Source of the DNA: Calditrichia bacterium
GTDB lineage: Bacteria; Calditrichota; Calditrichia; JAJRVZ01
Direction: 5' to 3'
Assembly (NCBI GenBank): GCA_963796965.1
Contig: CAWCNS010000011.1
Coordinates: 384,001-448,000 of the forward strand
Length of the DNA: 64,000 nucleotides
A model generated the notes under the pieces. The model was not told the DNA's origin. It worked only from the letters and a program-made list of their open reading frames with translations, and searched no databases. The position numbers and the translations under genes are program-made. Positions 32,051 through 42,026 of the stretch are shown piece by piece (the first letter of the stretch is position 1; the number at the start of each line of letters is the position of its first letter).

Positions 32051-32428
32051 ATGGATAGTTTAGCATTACTGATTGACGATATGGCCGTTCTCGCTGAAAA
32101 GACACCAGGAATGCTTGATACAACAATTATAAGATTTAGACAGGAAGTGGAACCCCTGATCAGAGCGCTCGATAAAAAGTGGACAGAAACGCTCATCGTT
32201 CTGACCAAAGAACGTATGGCTATTACTGAGGTGCTACGGGAAGAAAGAGCTGCCGCAATGGTAGATCTCGATAATACATCAAAGGCCCTGGCTGATAAAA
32301 CATTTGAGTACTTACGTAGTATGGTTTCGCAGGTCCTTCTATTCGTTATTATAATTTTGGTTGTATTATTAGGATTTCCATTCACCATGGGTTTTTTGGT
32401 CGGGAAGTATTTGAGACGGAAATCTTAA
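32051..32428 (+). pseudogene. Probable 3' fragment of a helical protein with a C-terminal TM anchor
   Basis: Frame open upstream of the ATG to about 32000 with no RBS or start; preceded by ~800 bp AT-rich DNA; ERMAI/ERAAA heptads then a TM. Confidence 0.4.
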
Positions 32429-32466
32429 TTCATCAGAAGACGCGATAGTGGTGAAGACGACAGATT

Positions 32467-33573
32467 TGGGATACAAGATACGAGATACGAGATTAGGAAT
32501 GTAAAAATATGATTTGTTTAGGACTTTATGTTTAATGCTTAAAATTTGAAATTAGAGACGCGGAATTGTCATTCCACCATCTACCATAATGACCTGGCCC
32601 GTGGAATAAGCCATAGATCCCTTTACCAGAGCGGAAACAACTTTCCCGACATCTTCGGGTTTTCCCCATCGTTTCTGAATCATCAAACCTTCTGATATTA
32701 ATCTATCATATTTTTCCTTTACACCTGCCGTCATATCTGTGCTGATGATACCGGGTTGGACCTCATAGACAGGGATATCATATTCACCCAAACGTGCAGC
32801 AAAGAGTTTCGTCATCATGCTGAGTCCCGCTTTGGAGAGGCAATATTCACCTCTGTTAACAGAGGCAATAGTTGATGAAATTGAAGAAATTGTGATGATA
32901 CAGGCCTCGACGTTTCCATTCTGTCTTTTTTGATCGATCATCCAGTTTGCAACTGTCTGGCTCAGGAAATACGGTCCCTGTAAATTGGTTTTTAACACAT
33001 ATTCAAAACTTTCTTCTGAGGCTTCGAGAATATCTTTTCTTTCTTTTGGTGCAATACCAGCATTATTAATAAGTATATCCAGGCGGTTAAAGTAGTTCCG
33101 AATTTTACTGACGATTCCTTTGCGGTCTTTGGTAGAGGCAATATCCCCCTGACAGTATAGAACCTTTACACCATATTGTTTTAATTCTTCTAATGCCATG
33201 GAAACCTGACTTTCATCCCGAACACCATTAATCGCCAGATTTATACCATCTTTAGCCAGACATTTTGCGATACCCAAACCAATACCGCGGGATCCACCGG
33301 TTATGAGGGCGACTTTTCTCTCATCTTTGTGTGTATCTACCATTTTCATCTTTCTCAAACTTTATTATTTTCTCACGCCGCACCGTGGAATGTTTTACCA
33401 CGGATTGCACTAATTTCTACGAATTTCACGAATTAAAAAATCATTTAAAATTATATATAGAGTTTATTATTTCCAGTCCTGACATATAAGTTAGGAAAAA
33501 TATCAACTTCGAAATCACCCATCTCGAATCACGTATCCGGTATCTCAAATCTCAGATCCCAAATCACGTATCT
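32467..33573. repeat. Heptamer GAGATAC-type tandem tracts in inverted orientation flanking the SDR gene (32467-32493; 33514-33573)
   Basis: gggatacaagatacgagatacgagat versus atctcgaatcacgtatccggtatctcaaatctcagatccc; related tracts at 9319, 20005 and 54045. Confidence 0.55.
32552..33358 (-). CDS. Short-chain dehydrogenase/reductase (3-ketoacyl-ACP reductase-like)
   Basis: TGGSRGIG, NNAG, YCLSK and VDGG motifs. Confidence 0.92.
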   Translation of the reverse strand: MRKMKMVDTHKDERKVALITGGSRGIGLGIAKCLAKDGINLAINGVRDESQVSMALEELKQYGVKVLYCQGDIASTKDRKGIVSKIRNYFNRLDILINNAGIAPKERKDILEASEESFEYVLKTNLQGPYFLSQTVANWMIDQKRQNGNVEACIITISSISSTIASVNRGEYCLSKAGLSMMTKLFAARLGEYDIPVYEVQPGIISTDMTAGVKEKYDRLISEGLMIQKRWGKPEDVGKVVSALVKGSMAYSTGQVIMVDGGMTIPRL

Positions 33574-33584
33574 ACCATAATACT

Positions 33585-34732
33585 CTATAAATCCGGGATA
33601 TCCATCCAGGATCTTTTCTCCCAACTCTCCATCCCTTTTTCAGCTAACTGCACACCCTTTGCACCTTCTTTGAGAGACCAGGGAAAGGGATCATCATCAA
33701 CCACATGACGCAGAAATAGTTCCCACTGCGCTTTAAAAGCATTATCATAGATTTCCTGATCGGGTACAGGGCTCCATCCCGAATAAAAATCTATCATTTG
33801 GGGAACATCCGGATTCCATACAGGTTTAGGTGTGTTTCCATAATGCTGGGTACAACATTCTCTTAATCCGGCAACTGCTGATCCTTTTGTTCCGTCCACC
33901 TGGATCGTAAGCAAATCATCCCGTCGGACACGGACACACCAGGAAGAATTAAAATGAGCGATAATGTCGCCGTCCAATTCAAAGGTAGCATAGGCTGCAT
34001 CATCTGCGGTGCCCTTGTAGACGCGGTTCATTTCATCAACCCGCTCCTTTATGTGTGTAGCACCAATACAGGAAACTGCCCGCACTTTGCCGAATAGGTT
34101 GTCCAGTACGTATCTCCAGTGACAGAGCATATCGAGAATTATTCCCCCATCATCTTCTTTACGGTAATTCCATGAGGGACGCTGAGCAGGGATCGTTTGC
34201 CCTTCGAACACCCAGTATCCAAATTCACCCCTTATAGCGAATATTTCTCCAAAGAAATCATTCTCAATTAACCTTTTTAACTTTATCAACCCGGGTAACC
34301 ACAGTTTATCTTGTACAACACCATTTTTGACATTGGCTATTTTTGCTAATTCGAATAATTCCATGGCTTCTATGGTATTCGTTGCGGTTGGTTTTTCACA
34401 ATAAATATGTTTACCATATTTTATTGCTTTTTTAACATCTTCAACCCGTCGTCCGGTCACTTGAGCATCAAAATAGATGGTACTATTTTTATCTTCTAAA
34501 ACTTCATCAAGATTTGTTGAGAATTTCTCAATCCCTGAGATTTTCCCCAGGTGTTGTAGTTTTGATTCGATTTCGTCCTACTAAAACAGGATCCGGAATA
34601 ATTATCTCGCCCGATTTAGAGGTCGAGTCCTCCCTGTTTGATTATTTCAACGATCGAACGCATGAGATGTTGATTGGTACCCATTCGCCCTGTAACGCCG
34701 TTCATGATGATACCTATTTTCTTCCTTTTCAT
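33585..34732 (-). CDS. Gfo/Idh/MocA family oxidoreductase, two frameshifts at 34565-34630
   Basis: [24 protein letters not shown]-terminus; [12 protein letters not shown] and [11 protein letters not shown] motifs. Confidence 0.88.
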
Positions 34733-34758
34733 AAAAATTCCTTTATTCTAAATCTTTC

Positions 34759-34857
34759 TTAAACACAAAGAACACAAAGGAAAAGCGAAGGTCACAAAGA
34801 ATACATTTACATTTATTTTTGTGTTCTTTGAGCATACTTTGAGAACTTTGTGTTTAA
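34759..34857. repeat. Periodic CACAAAG/CTTTGTG inverted-repeat element
   Basis: ttaaacacaaagaacacaaagg...ctttgagaactttgtgtttaa. Confidence 0.75.
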
Positions 34858-34907
34858 AAGAAGTTATTTTATACTACAAGACTTTGATTTAAGCGTATAG
34901 TAATTAC

Positions 34908-35735
34908 TTACGAATGATCTAGATAGGCTTTAATTATTCTGTCCAAAAATACATCCTGGTCTTCTGCCCAGTGTTTGTTGGAAAAAATTTCCACCTCATT
35001 AAATCCTGAAAATCCAGAATCTTCCATCCATCCTCTGATTTGTTGAATAGGAATGCATCCATCTCCCATCAACCCTCTGTCATTGAGCATATCAACAGTC
35101 GGACTTAGCCAATCGCAGATATGGAAAGCGAAGAGATTCTCATTTTTGCCACATCGTTCAATTTCAGATTCCAGATCCGGATCCCACCAGACATGGTAAA
35201 CATCTACTGCAACTCCCAGAAATGGTGAATCAAACAATTCTGCCATTTCATTTGCCTGTCTCATCGTATTTATAGCCGATCGGGTATCGGCATACATGGG
35301 CTGCAAGGGTTCAATGGCTAACTTGACCCCTGCCTCGGCTGCAAAAGGTAAGATTGCTTCAATTCCTATTTTAATCTGATCTCTGGAGACGGATAAGGGT
35401 TGTTCTTCCGAAGCACCACAGACAAGGACAAGTAAGGGACTACCCAAAGCAGCCGATTCTTCTATTAAGAGTAAATTATCAGCAATTGCCTCGCTACGAC
35501 CTCTTTCTGATACTGCAGGAAAAAATCCGCCGCGCACAGTGGACACAATATTCAAACCGGCTGCGCGGATCTGATCGCCAACAGTTGAAATATTGTGATC
35601 ATCAAGTGTATCCCGCCAAACGGATATGCCGCTTACACCTGCCCTGGAAAATTTATCAATTGCCTCTTCAATGGACCAGGGTTTTGTTGTGATCGTATGA
35701 ACACAAAGTTTCGATAAATCTTTTAACTTGCTCAT
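34908..35735 (-). CDS. Sugar phosphate isomerase/epimerase (xylose-isomerase-like TIM barrel)
   Basis: RGGFF, LAIEPL, VDVYHVWWD, FHICDW, DRGLMGDG and EVEIFS motifs. Confidence 0.9.
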   Translation of the reverse strand: MSKLKDLSKLCVHTITTKPWSIEEAIDKFSRAGVSGISVWRDTLDDHNISTVGDQIRAAGLNIVSTVRGGFFPAVSERGRSEAIADNLLLIEESAALGSPLLVLVCGASEEQPLSVSRDQIKIGIEAILPFAAEAGVKLAIEPLQPMYADTRSAINTMRQANEMAELFDSPFLGVAVDVYHVWWDPDLESEIERCGKNENLFAFHICDWLSPTVDMLNDRGLMGDGCIPIQQIRGWMEDSGFSGFNEVEIFSNKHWAEDQDVFLDRIIKAYLDHS

Positions 35736-35736
35736 A

Positions 35737-37119
35737 TTATTTCAGACAGTTAAAGAAGGTGTAATAGCTCTCATTTTTAATCATTCGTTGCACATAAAGC
35801 ACCAATTCCCGGATATGGTAATCACCCCACATACAGGATTCACCATTTGGAATGATACTCCCGTCCGGTATGTGATCCCAACCATTGGGATAATGATAAA
35901 TGGTGTGTAAAAGTAGACCCTGATGTTCTGGATTGGTACTGAGATAAGGCTCTTCCAGAAGCCGGTCCATAACAGTGAGACCCGCTTGAAAATAATGTTC
36001 TCCACGTGTAACCTCACCATTATTTTTGAAATATTGCCCTAATCTTAATAATCCCTGTGCTCCGATAGCAGCAGCTGAACTATCAACCGGCTCAAAGTTG
36101 TTGAACGGATCCGCTTCCCTATTTAAATAATCACCTAATTTGTGAAGATTTGGGGCCCCAGTATCCCAATAAGGGATTCCATCTGTGCAAACATTTTCAA
36201 TATAAAAATCACAGGTTGCGGTAGCCGCCTTAATCATTAGTTCAACAATCCCCTCTATACCACCAAAAGCAACCAATTCATTTTCATCAATCACTTCAAA
36301 AAACTCAAGTTCTTCAGCGAAACCAAGCATTGCCCAGGCCAGACCCCGGGTCCAGGTAGAAAATCCAGTATATCCTTGTTGCGAATTTGGACAACGATAG
36401 TTGCCATCATTGACATTAAAAACACATTCATGCGCCGTTCTTCCTCTGACATCATAAGCATCCCTGCCCTCTCCATAAAAAATGGAATATTCTGCCGTTG
36501 CAATCAAATGTAAAATTGCACGCTCTAAGAGTGAAATCTTAACATCATTTTCTACGGGTAAATAATGTCCCATCATATGGCTGATCATAAGCACCCGGCA
36601 GGATCGTACCGTATCTACGAAAAGAGAATGTGGGCCATTAAATGAATATATAAAGCCCCCATTTTCCATCTCTGTCCAGCGGTTAGCCTGTACTGCCCCG
36701 GACAATTTTAAAGCCAGCTGATAGAAGTTCTTCTCCCATTCATTATGGGGCATTTTTCCTTCAGCCATAAGGCGAAGTAAGTTACCATAAGTGCTTACAT
36801 TATTAAAACCATGATCATGCACCCCGGTATGATTTATATGGGGTGCCATATAATCTATCGTATTTTTTTTACCCATTTCAAGAAATCGGGGATCCCCACC
36901 GCCTTCATATTGCAATATCTCCGATCCATATTGAAAACCCTGTGTCCACTCCGTCCAGCCGCGAGTGGTGTATTGCCCCTCAACGGTAAATACAGGTGAG
37001 CCTTTTTGGGTGTCATAATTTTTGGCAATCATATCAATCTTTATACCAGACAGATCCCAAAATTTTTCTACTTTTTTCTGTAAATCAGGAATCTTTAAAC
37101 CTGACTTCATTTCGAGCAT
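35737..37119 (-). CDS. GH88-like glycoside hydrolase (unsaturated glucuronyl hydrolase-like)
   Basis: WTEWTQGF, HDHGF, STWTRGLAW, PYWD, DSSAAAI and WGDY motifs. Confidence 0.8.
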   Translation of the reverse strand: MLEMKSGLKIPDLQKKVEKFWDLSGIKIDMIAKNYDTQKGSPVFTVEGQYTTRGWTEWTQGFQYGSEILQYEGGGDPRFLEMGKKNTIDYMAPHINHTGVHDHGFNNVSTYGNLLRLMAEGKMPHNEWEKNFYQLALKLSGAVQANRWTEMENGGFIYSFNGPHSLFVDTVRSCRVLMISHMMGHYLPVENDVKISLLERAILHLIATAEYSIFYGEGRDAYDVRGRTAHECVFNVNDGNYRCPNSQQGYTGFSTWTRGLAWAMLGFAEELEFFEVIDENELVAFGGIEGIVELMIKAATATCDFYIENVCTDGIPYWDTGAPNLHKLGDYLNREADPFNNFEPVDSSAAAIGAQGLLRLGQYFKNNGEVTRGEHYFQAGLTVMDRLLEEPYLSTNPEHQGLLLHTIYHYPNGWDHIPDGSIIPNGESCMWGDYHIRELVLYVQRMIKNESYYTFFNCLK

Positions 37120-37233
37120 GCAGAACTCCAGTTTTAGTTATAAGTATTTTTTTGTCCGTATTCTAAAAAGAGTGAGAGACCAGATGGTGATTTCTTCTGA
37201 GACTTCTATGGTCTCCAGTTTTAGACATTTTAC

Positions 37234-38652
37234 TTATTTTATAGCCGATCTTTTCGGCATAATATTAAATCGGATGATGAACGATGCAAGTGTATACAAG
37301 CAAAGGAGCAATAGCAATAACATATCAAGTCGAAGGCTAAAAACCATATTGGGAATAATACCAAACAAAGAGGCGATGAACAGCAAGAGGCCAACGAATG
37401 TTGCTATGCTAATATCTACACCAGGCTTATTTTTATATAAAACTGCCGAGAATACCATGGGAGCCATAAGAGAAGTGCCTGCAAAACTTACCCTGGCTAT
37501 TAAAACCAATTCATCACTACTGATAATAGATAAGACCAGGGCAGCAATCCCAAACAATACCATCGAAACTCTTGTCTTAAACAATACTGTTTGTTCATCT
37601 CCCCTGAGCAGAGAGCGAAGTTCCGAACCAAGTGCAAAAATTTGTGAGTCACTGGTAGAAAGTGCCGCTGCCACAAGTCCAATAATTGTCAACGCGGCAA
37701 TGGCACCATGCTGATCAAACATTAATACACTTGCGATAAAATCAGCAGTCGACGCACTAGGATATTTTATTGCTCCATACATTCCTATTATACAGGTCGG
37801 TATCAGGATAAGAATAGCAAAGGTACCAACGGCTACAGCCATGCGGTGCATCGCCTTCAGATCCTTCATAACAACCAGACGGGTGGTGAGCTGCGGCTGG
37901 GTGACGGGTATAAATAATATGGCAAGAAAAGAAGCAACAAGAAACTGGAAGTTAAATAATCCTTTTGGTCCCGGGGTTGATAATAAAGCTGGTTGTATCG
38001 CTTCAACCTGGTCAAACATGGATTTGATCCCACCCAGATAGCTTACACAGGTTACGGCAATAATCCAGACAACGGTCATCAGGATCGCAGCTTGCATAAA
38101 ATCAGCATACATGATCCCCTTTAATCCTCCAATTTCGCTATAGATTAATAGGGTTACTACAATCATAAGTGACCAGGCCCAGGCTGGAAATGCTTCCGGA
38201 AATACAGCATTTAAGAAAATGGCAACCCCGCGAATTTGAATGGCAACATACGGAATCAGAAAAACAAAAACCCCAAAGAAGTATACAAAACCCGCCGTCT
38301 TATTTTGAAAGGAGCTGGACATAAGTCCCCCAACACCCCGGAAACCTTTTTCTGAGACTTTTTTTCTGAGGGAATATCCAAACCAGACTATCAGGAAAAC
38401 CATCCCACCATCCGACACTGCCAGAAAAATCCAGGCACCAATACCATGTACCCGGAAAAAATCAGGCATCCCCATTAAGGTAAAAGTGCTGAATAAGGTT
38501 GCTGCGAATGTCATAAAACCGAGGACCATGCCAATATTTGAACCAGCCAGTATATAATCATTGGCGTCTTTTTGTTTTCGGCGCGAATGAAGGGCCAGAT
38601 AAAATAGAAATGAAATGTATATAATTCCAAGAACAATCAACCAGCTTATCAT
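37234..38652 (-). CDS. Sodium:solute symporter (SSS family)
   Basis: ATLFSTFTLMG, YSEIGG..YAD and AAALSTSDS motifs; about 13 TMs. Confidence 0.92.
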   Translation of the reverse strand: MISWLIVLGIIYISFLFYLALHSRRKQKDANDYILAGSNIGMVLGFMTFAATLFSTFTLMGMPDFFRVHGIGAWIFLAVSDGGMVFLIVWFGYSLRKKVSEKGFRGVGGLMSSSFQNKTAGFVYFFGVFVFLIPYVAIQIRGVAIFLNAVFPEAFPAWAWSLMIVVTLLIYSEIGGLKGIMYADFMQAAILMTVVWIIAVTCVSYLGGIKSMFDQVEAIQPALLSTPGPKGLFNFQFLVASFLAILFIPVTQPQLTTRLVVMKDLKAMHRMAVAVGTFAILILIPTCIIGMYGAIKYPSASTADFIASVLMFDQHGAIAALTIIGLVAAALSTSDSQIFALGSELRSLLRGDEQTVLFKTRVSMVLFGIAALVLSIISSDELVLIARVSFAGTSLMAPMVFSAVLYKNKPGVDISIATFVGLLLFIASLFGIIPNMVFSLRLDMLLLLLLCLYTLASFIIRFNIMPKRSAIK

Positions 38653-38879
38653 TCTTTGAGTCCTTCCTCTTTAGGCTGTTGGATACGTGTTGCAATAAAT
38701 GTTAAAAAAACTAATCCAATGGTAATCAAAATTCCAACCCAAAGCGTATAAGGTAATCCCATAAGTTTGGGTTCGTAAACACCATGGGGTGTCACAAGGG
38801 GTGTGAAGGTAATGATCACGAGAAAAACTGCAGAGGCAACACATAAAATCGTAAATAATATGCGGGTATTTTTTATCAT
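38649..38879 (-). CDS. Small two-TM SSS accessory protein (DUF3311/DUF485-like)
   Basis: 76 aa, P-x-L-x-GLP motif between TMs, overlaps the SSS start. Confidence 0.75.
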   Translation of the reverse strand: MIKNTRILFTILCVASAVFLVIITFTPLVTPHGVYEPKLMGLPYTLWVGILITIGLVFLTFIATRIQQPKEEGLKE

Positions 38880-39042
38880 TTTTATTAACCAATCTGTTAT
38901 GATGTATATTGTTTAAAGATTGTCAAATCCTTCTTCATTCCCGGTATATTATAACTAAACTTGTATTAATTTCAAGTGCTATTAGTTATATCTCCAAATA
39001 AATTAGGAAACCCCCAGGCAGGGCCTCGAGGAAATCTACAGA

Positions 39043-40248
39043 TTAAAATAGCAGAATATAGAATAAATTTGCGCCGCCAAATTCACCTCCCTGCAATTCA
39101 TGACTAAGGGAGATATAAAATTTTGATCCCTGGGGAAAGGTATACATCCAACCAAGTTTAATTTTATCCACAAAGTCTTTTACCATACCTGGATCCCCGT
39201 TTTGCACTGTTCCATATTGCAATTGCACAACTGAAAACAGGTATTGTAACTCAATTAAATGAGCGGAAAAATATCTTTCATAGGAAATTCCTGACATCAC
39301 ATCCCTGCGATCAAATTTATGGTTATTAAAACCATCAGATCCTGCATCCTGATAAAGATAATTCAATTTTGCCCGAAATCGGTTGACCTCGTTAAATTTA
39401 TACATGTATTCTATTACGTAGTTATTGATCTGATTCGTATAGTAGTAGTCATATGATTGTTCAGTAAAACTTTTCATTTCATTGAATTTATAGTGATTGA
39501 AGGAAAAAGAAAAAATGGATAGATCGGAGGGAAAATAGTAGAATTTGGCTTCGGCAGAATTATACTTTTGATTATGAGCAGTTAGCAAGGGTGATAACTC
39601 TCTGTTTGGGAATCTTCTTTTAAAACCGCTCGACCATCTTCCTTTACTATAAAGAGCAAACTTTCCTTTATGATATCGGGCTCTCCATTGGAGACTGCGT
39701 GGTGTTTTATCCGAGATCCCATCTAGGGCATTCTTTTCATCATAGACAAAGTCTTCAAGAACCATTCCCAGACGCAGATAGTTCTCACGGCTGCTATCAG
39801 CCACCAGGATTCCCATATTCAAATGTGTATTTTCTTTATTATAAGCCGGATTAACAATTAGATAGAGTGAGGTATTATACACAACCTCCTTTTCTAATCC
39901 CATATAGGTATATTTTGGCGCATTGCTTAGATAAAAACTGTCATATATGCGACCTTCTCCCCTAAACCACCACCCTTTTCCCAATGGTTCATTGATGACG
40001 AGTGACGCGTCATAATGCAAATGATGGGTCGTGACACTTCCAACGGATATCAGAAATCCATTACCTTTAAAGTAATTCTTTTCCCAGTCATTATACCATA
40101 CCGCATTAAAATCATAATTGATAAGTGTATGCAAATAAGCCAATTTATTTTTATAGGGCTCTTCATAGGGCCAGTCAGGTTCTGAGGCATTGGCCAGAGA
40201 AATAATGAATACGATAAGTGCAAAATATTTGATGATTTTTTTACGCAC
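39043..40248 (-). CDS. Hypothetical exported protein, probable outer-membrane beta-barrel
   Basis: Signal peptide, Tyr/Phe-rich alternating strands, C-terminal Phe. Confidence 0.6.
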   Translation of the reverse strand: MRKKIIKYFALIVFIISLANASEPDWPYEEPYKNKLAYLHTLINYDFNAVWYNDWEKNYFKGNGFLISVGSVTTHHLHYDASLVINEPLGKGWWFRGEGRIYDSFYLSNAPKYTYMGLEKEVVYNTSLYLIVNPAYNKENTHLNMGILVADSSRENYLRLGMVLEDFVYDEKNALDGISDKTPRSLQWRARYHKGKFALYSKGRWSSGFKRRFPNRELSPLLTAHNQKYNSAEAKFYYFPSDLSIFSFSFNHYKFNEMKSFTEQSYDYYYTNQINNYVIEYMYKFNEVNRFRAKLNYLYQDAGSDGFNNHKFDRRDVMSGISYERYFSAHLIELQYLFSVVQLQYGTVQNGDPGMVKDFVDKIKLGWMYTFPQGSKFYISLSHELQGGEFGGANLFYILLF

Positions 40249-40332
40249 GATGTTGGATGGTTATAACATTGTCATATAGTGGTCATTCGTACACGACAGC
40301 CACATTGTAAGATAAAAACAGCAAAATAAGAT

Positions 40333-40425
40333 AAACACAAAGTACACAAAGATTTCACGAAGAACACAAAGAAAAATATTTAAATATCTTACAGACTTTG
40401 AATCTTCTTTGTGAACTTTGTGTTT
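40333..40425. repeat. Periodic CACAAAG/CTTTGTG inverted-repeat element
   Basis: aaacacaaagtacacaaagatttcacgaagaacacaaag...ctttgtgaactttgtgttt. Confidence 0.75.
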
Positions 40426-40489
40426 GAGTGTTCTATTTACCTCCATCAAGAAGGGAATAAATTTACATAATATTATACACATTTTGGTC

Positions 40490-40551
40490 AAAAAAAAACC
40501 ATTTCTCAATTGTAGCGGCCAGGCGAGTGGCCGCTACGCATAAGAATGGTT
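40490..40551 (-). terminator. Terminator-like hairpin with a GTAG-REP (40512-40537) in its loop
   Basis: A-tract-ccatttct...agaatggtt enclosing gtagcggcca-ggcgag-tggccgctac. Confidence 0.5.
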
Positions 40552-40582
40552 ATATCGAAATATGTATAGAAGTAAATTTTGG

Positions 40583-41122
40583 TTAGATACCGATACCCCA
40601 ACCAAGACGGAATCCCCAATAGTTTGCATCACTGATCATCATATAATATGCACCTATATCAAATCCTGCGATTTCCACACCAATATTGGGAGACAAGGTA
40701 AACTCAGAGGATGTTTCATCCCCATCTGCAGCAAAAGCACCTGCACCTTCGTAGGTCACGGTAAACATACTGACCCCTGCTTCAAGCCCGGCATAGAATG
40801 ACGGACCAACCACCGGTACCCCAAAGTTCCAGCGAAGTCCGGCTAATATTGGAACTGATGATGTTGTTACTTTTGCTGTTTCTCCAAATCCAATGTCAAA
40901 TTCTTTCTCACCAAAATTCATGTAGCCCACACGAGCCGTGATTGTAAGCAGTACAACATCCACAACGCCAAATGCTTCCACACCCCAGGCGGTACCACTG
41001 GTTATATCGGCAAAATCACCGGTTGGAAAGCCCAAATTACCTGCTGCACCAATTTTAAAACCCTGTGCAGATGCCAGACTACAGAATGAAAGTACGAGTA
41101 AGATAATAAGCATTTTCTTCAT
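40583..41122 (-). CDS. Small outer-membrane beta-barrel protein
   Basis: Signal peptide ASA-Q, FPTGDF, VPILAGLRW, eight-strand pattern. Confidence 0.8.
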   Translation of the reverse strand: MKKMLIILLVLSFCSLASAQGFKIGAAGNLGFPTGDFADITSGTAWGVEAFGVVDVVLLTITARVGYMNFGEKEFDIGFGETAKVTTSSVPILAGLRWNFGVPVVGPSFYAGLEAGVSMFTVTYEGAGAFAADGDETSSEFTLSPNIGVEIAGFDIGAYYMMISDANYWGFRLGWGIGI

Positions 41123-41207
41123 TGGAAACTCCTCCTGTTATGATTGATTCTTGTTATCGTTAATTTCGACCTATATTGTGATAAGATTAGACTGAACTGA
41201 TTAAATA

Positions 41208-41299
41208 TAACCACAAAGAGCACCAAGAAAACTCTAAGATCATAAAATTTTTATAATTTCTTTCTGATCTTTGCGTCTTCTTTGCGTCCTTTGCGGTTA
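41208..41299. repeat. Periodic CACAAAG-family inverted-repeat element
   Basis: taaccacaaagagcaccaag...ctttgcgtcttctttgcgtcctttgcggtta. Confidence 0.65.
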
Positions 41300-41383
41300 A
41301 TTAGAGCCTACATTTAAGAGAAATATTTGCCTGAGTATTAAAATTTTCCGATTATACCAATAAAACCCAGCAGATGCAACAAT

Positions 41384-42022
41384 TCAGAATAGGCTAACGG
41401 AAACAAATCCGATTACGACACTAAAATAGGATTGGGCCGGCGATGAACTTGTTTTAAAAGCATAGTTATATCTAAGAGTCAACAGTATATGAATGTCATT
41501 CATAAAATCAGCCATAAAGCCAATATCCGGTGCCAAACCGAATTGCCAGCCTTTATTGATGATCTTGCCCTGTCCTGTATATTGGCGGGTAATAATAAAA
41601 TAAGCACCCACATTTCCTCCGATTAGCGGCCTGAAGCTGCTCACAGCATCTCCAAAATAATAGTGACTACTCACAAGAATTGGAAATGATTCCAGAGAGC
41701 GTTCCTCTATAGACATAAAAGAACCATCTCCATTCTGAATGGGCTGTACATTATTATCATTAAAAGAATTCCAATGGAACGTTACACCATAAGAGATGTC
41801 AGTATGTGACATTTGACGCGCATCAAGACCGAATCCAATGATACTTGTATTGGGAATAAAGGATTTTGTGTTGTCTGTAGGTACGGAGATATCGTAGGTA
41901 ATCCCAAATATTTGCTGGGCATTTGCTGAACACACCATGAAACCTGTGAGACACATCACCACAAATATATGTCTCATAGAACAAAGATCTTTTGTGTTTT
42001 GATATATCTTTTTCCGGATCAA
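41384..42022 (-). CDS. Small OmpW-like beta-barrel protein
   Basis: ANA-Q cleavage site; YDISVP..TKSFI, FPIL and WQFGLAPDIG shared with 45125 and 46597; start probably near 41977. Confidence 0.8.
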   Translation of the reverse strand: MIRKKIYQNTKDLCSMRHIFVVMCLTGFMVCSANAQQIFGITYDISVPTDNTKSFIPNTSIIGFGLDARQMSHTDISYGVTFHWNSFNDNNVQPIQNGDGSFMSIEERSLESFPILVSSHYYFGDAVSSFRPLIGGNVGAYFIITRQYTGQGKIINKGWQFGLAPDIGFMADFMNDIHILLTLRYNYAFKTSSSPAQSYFSVVIGFVSVSLF

Positions 42023-42026
42023 GTTA

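Noticed and set aside
37022..37714. Long antisense ORFs (also 1391-1717, 43506-43964, 56355-56888)
   Set aside because: They are shadows of well-supported genes on the opposite strand and have no motifs.
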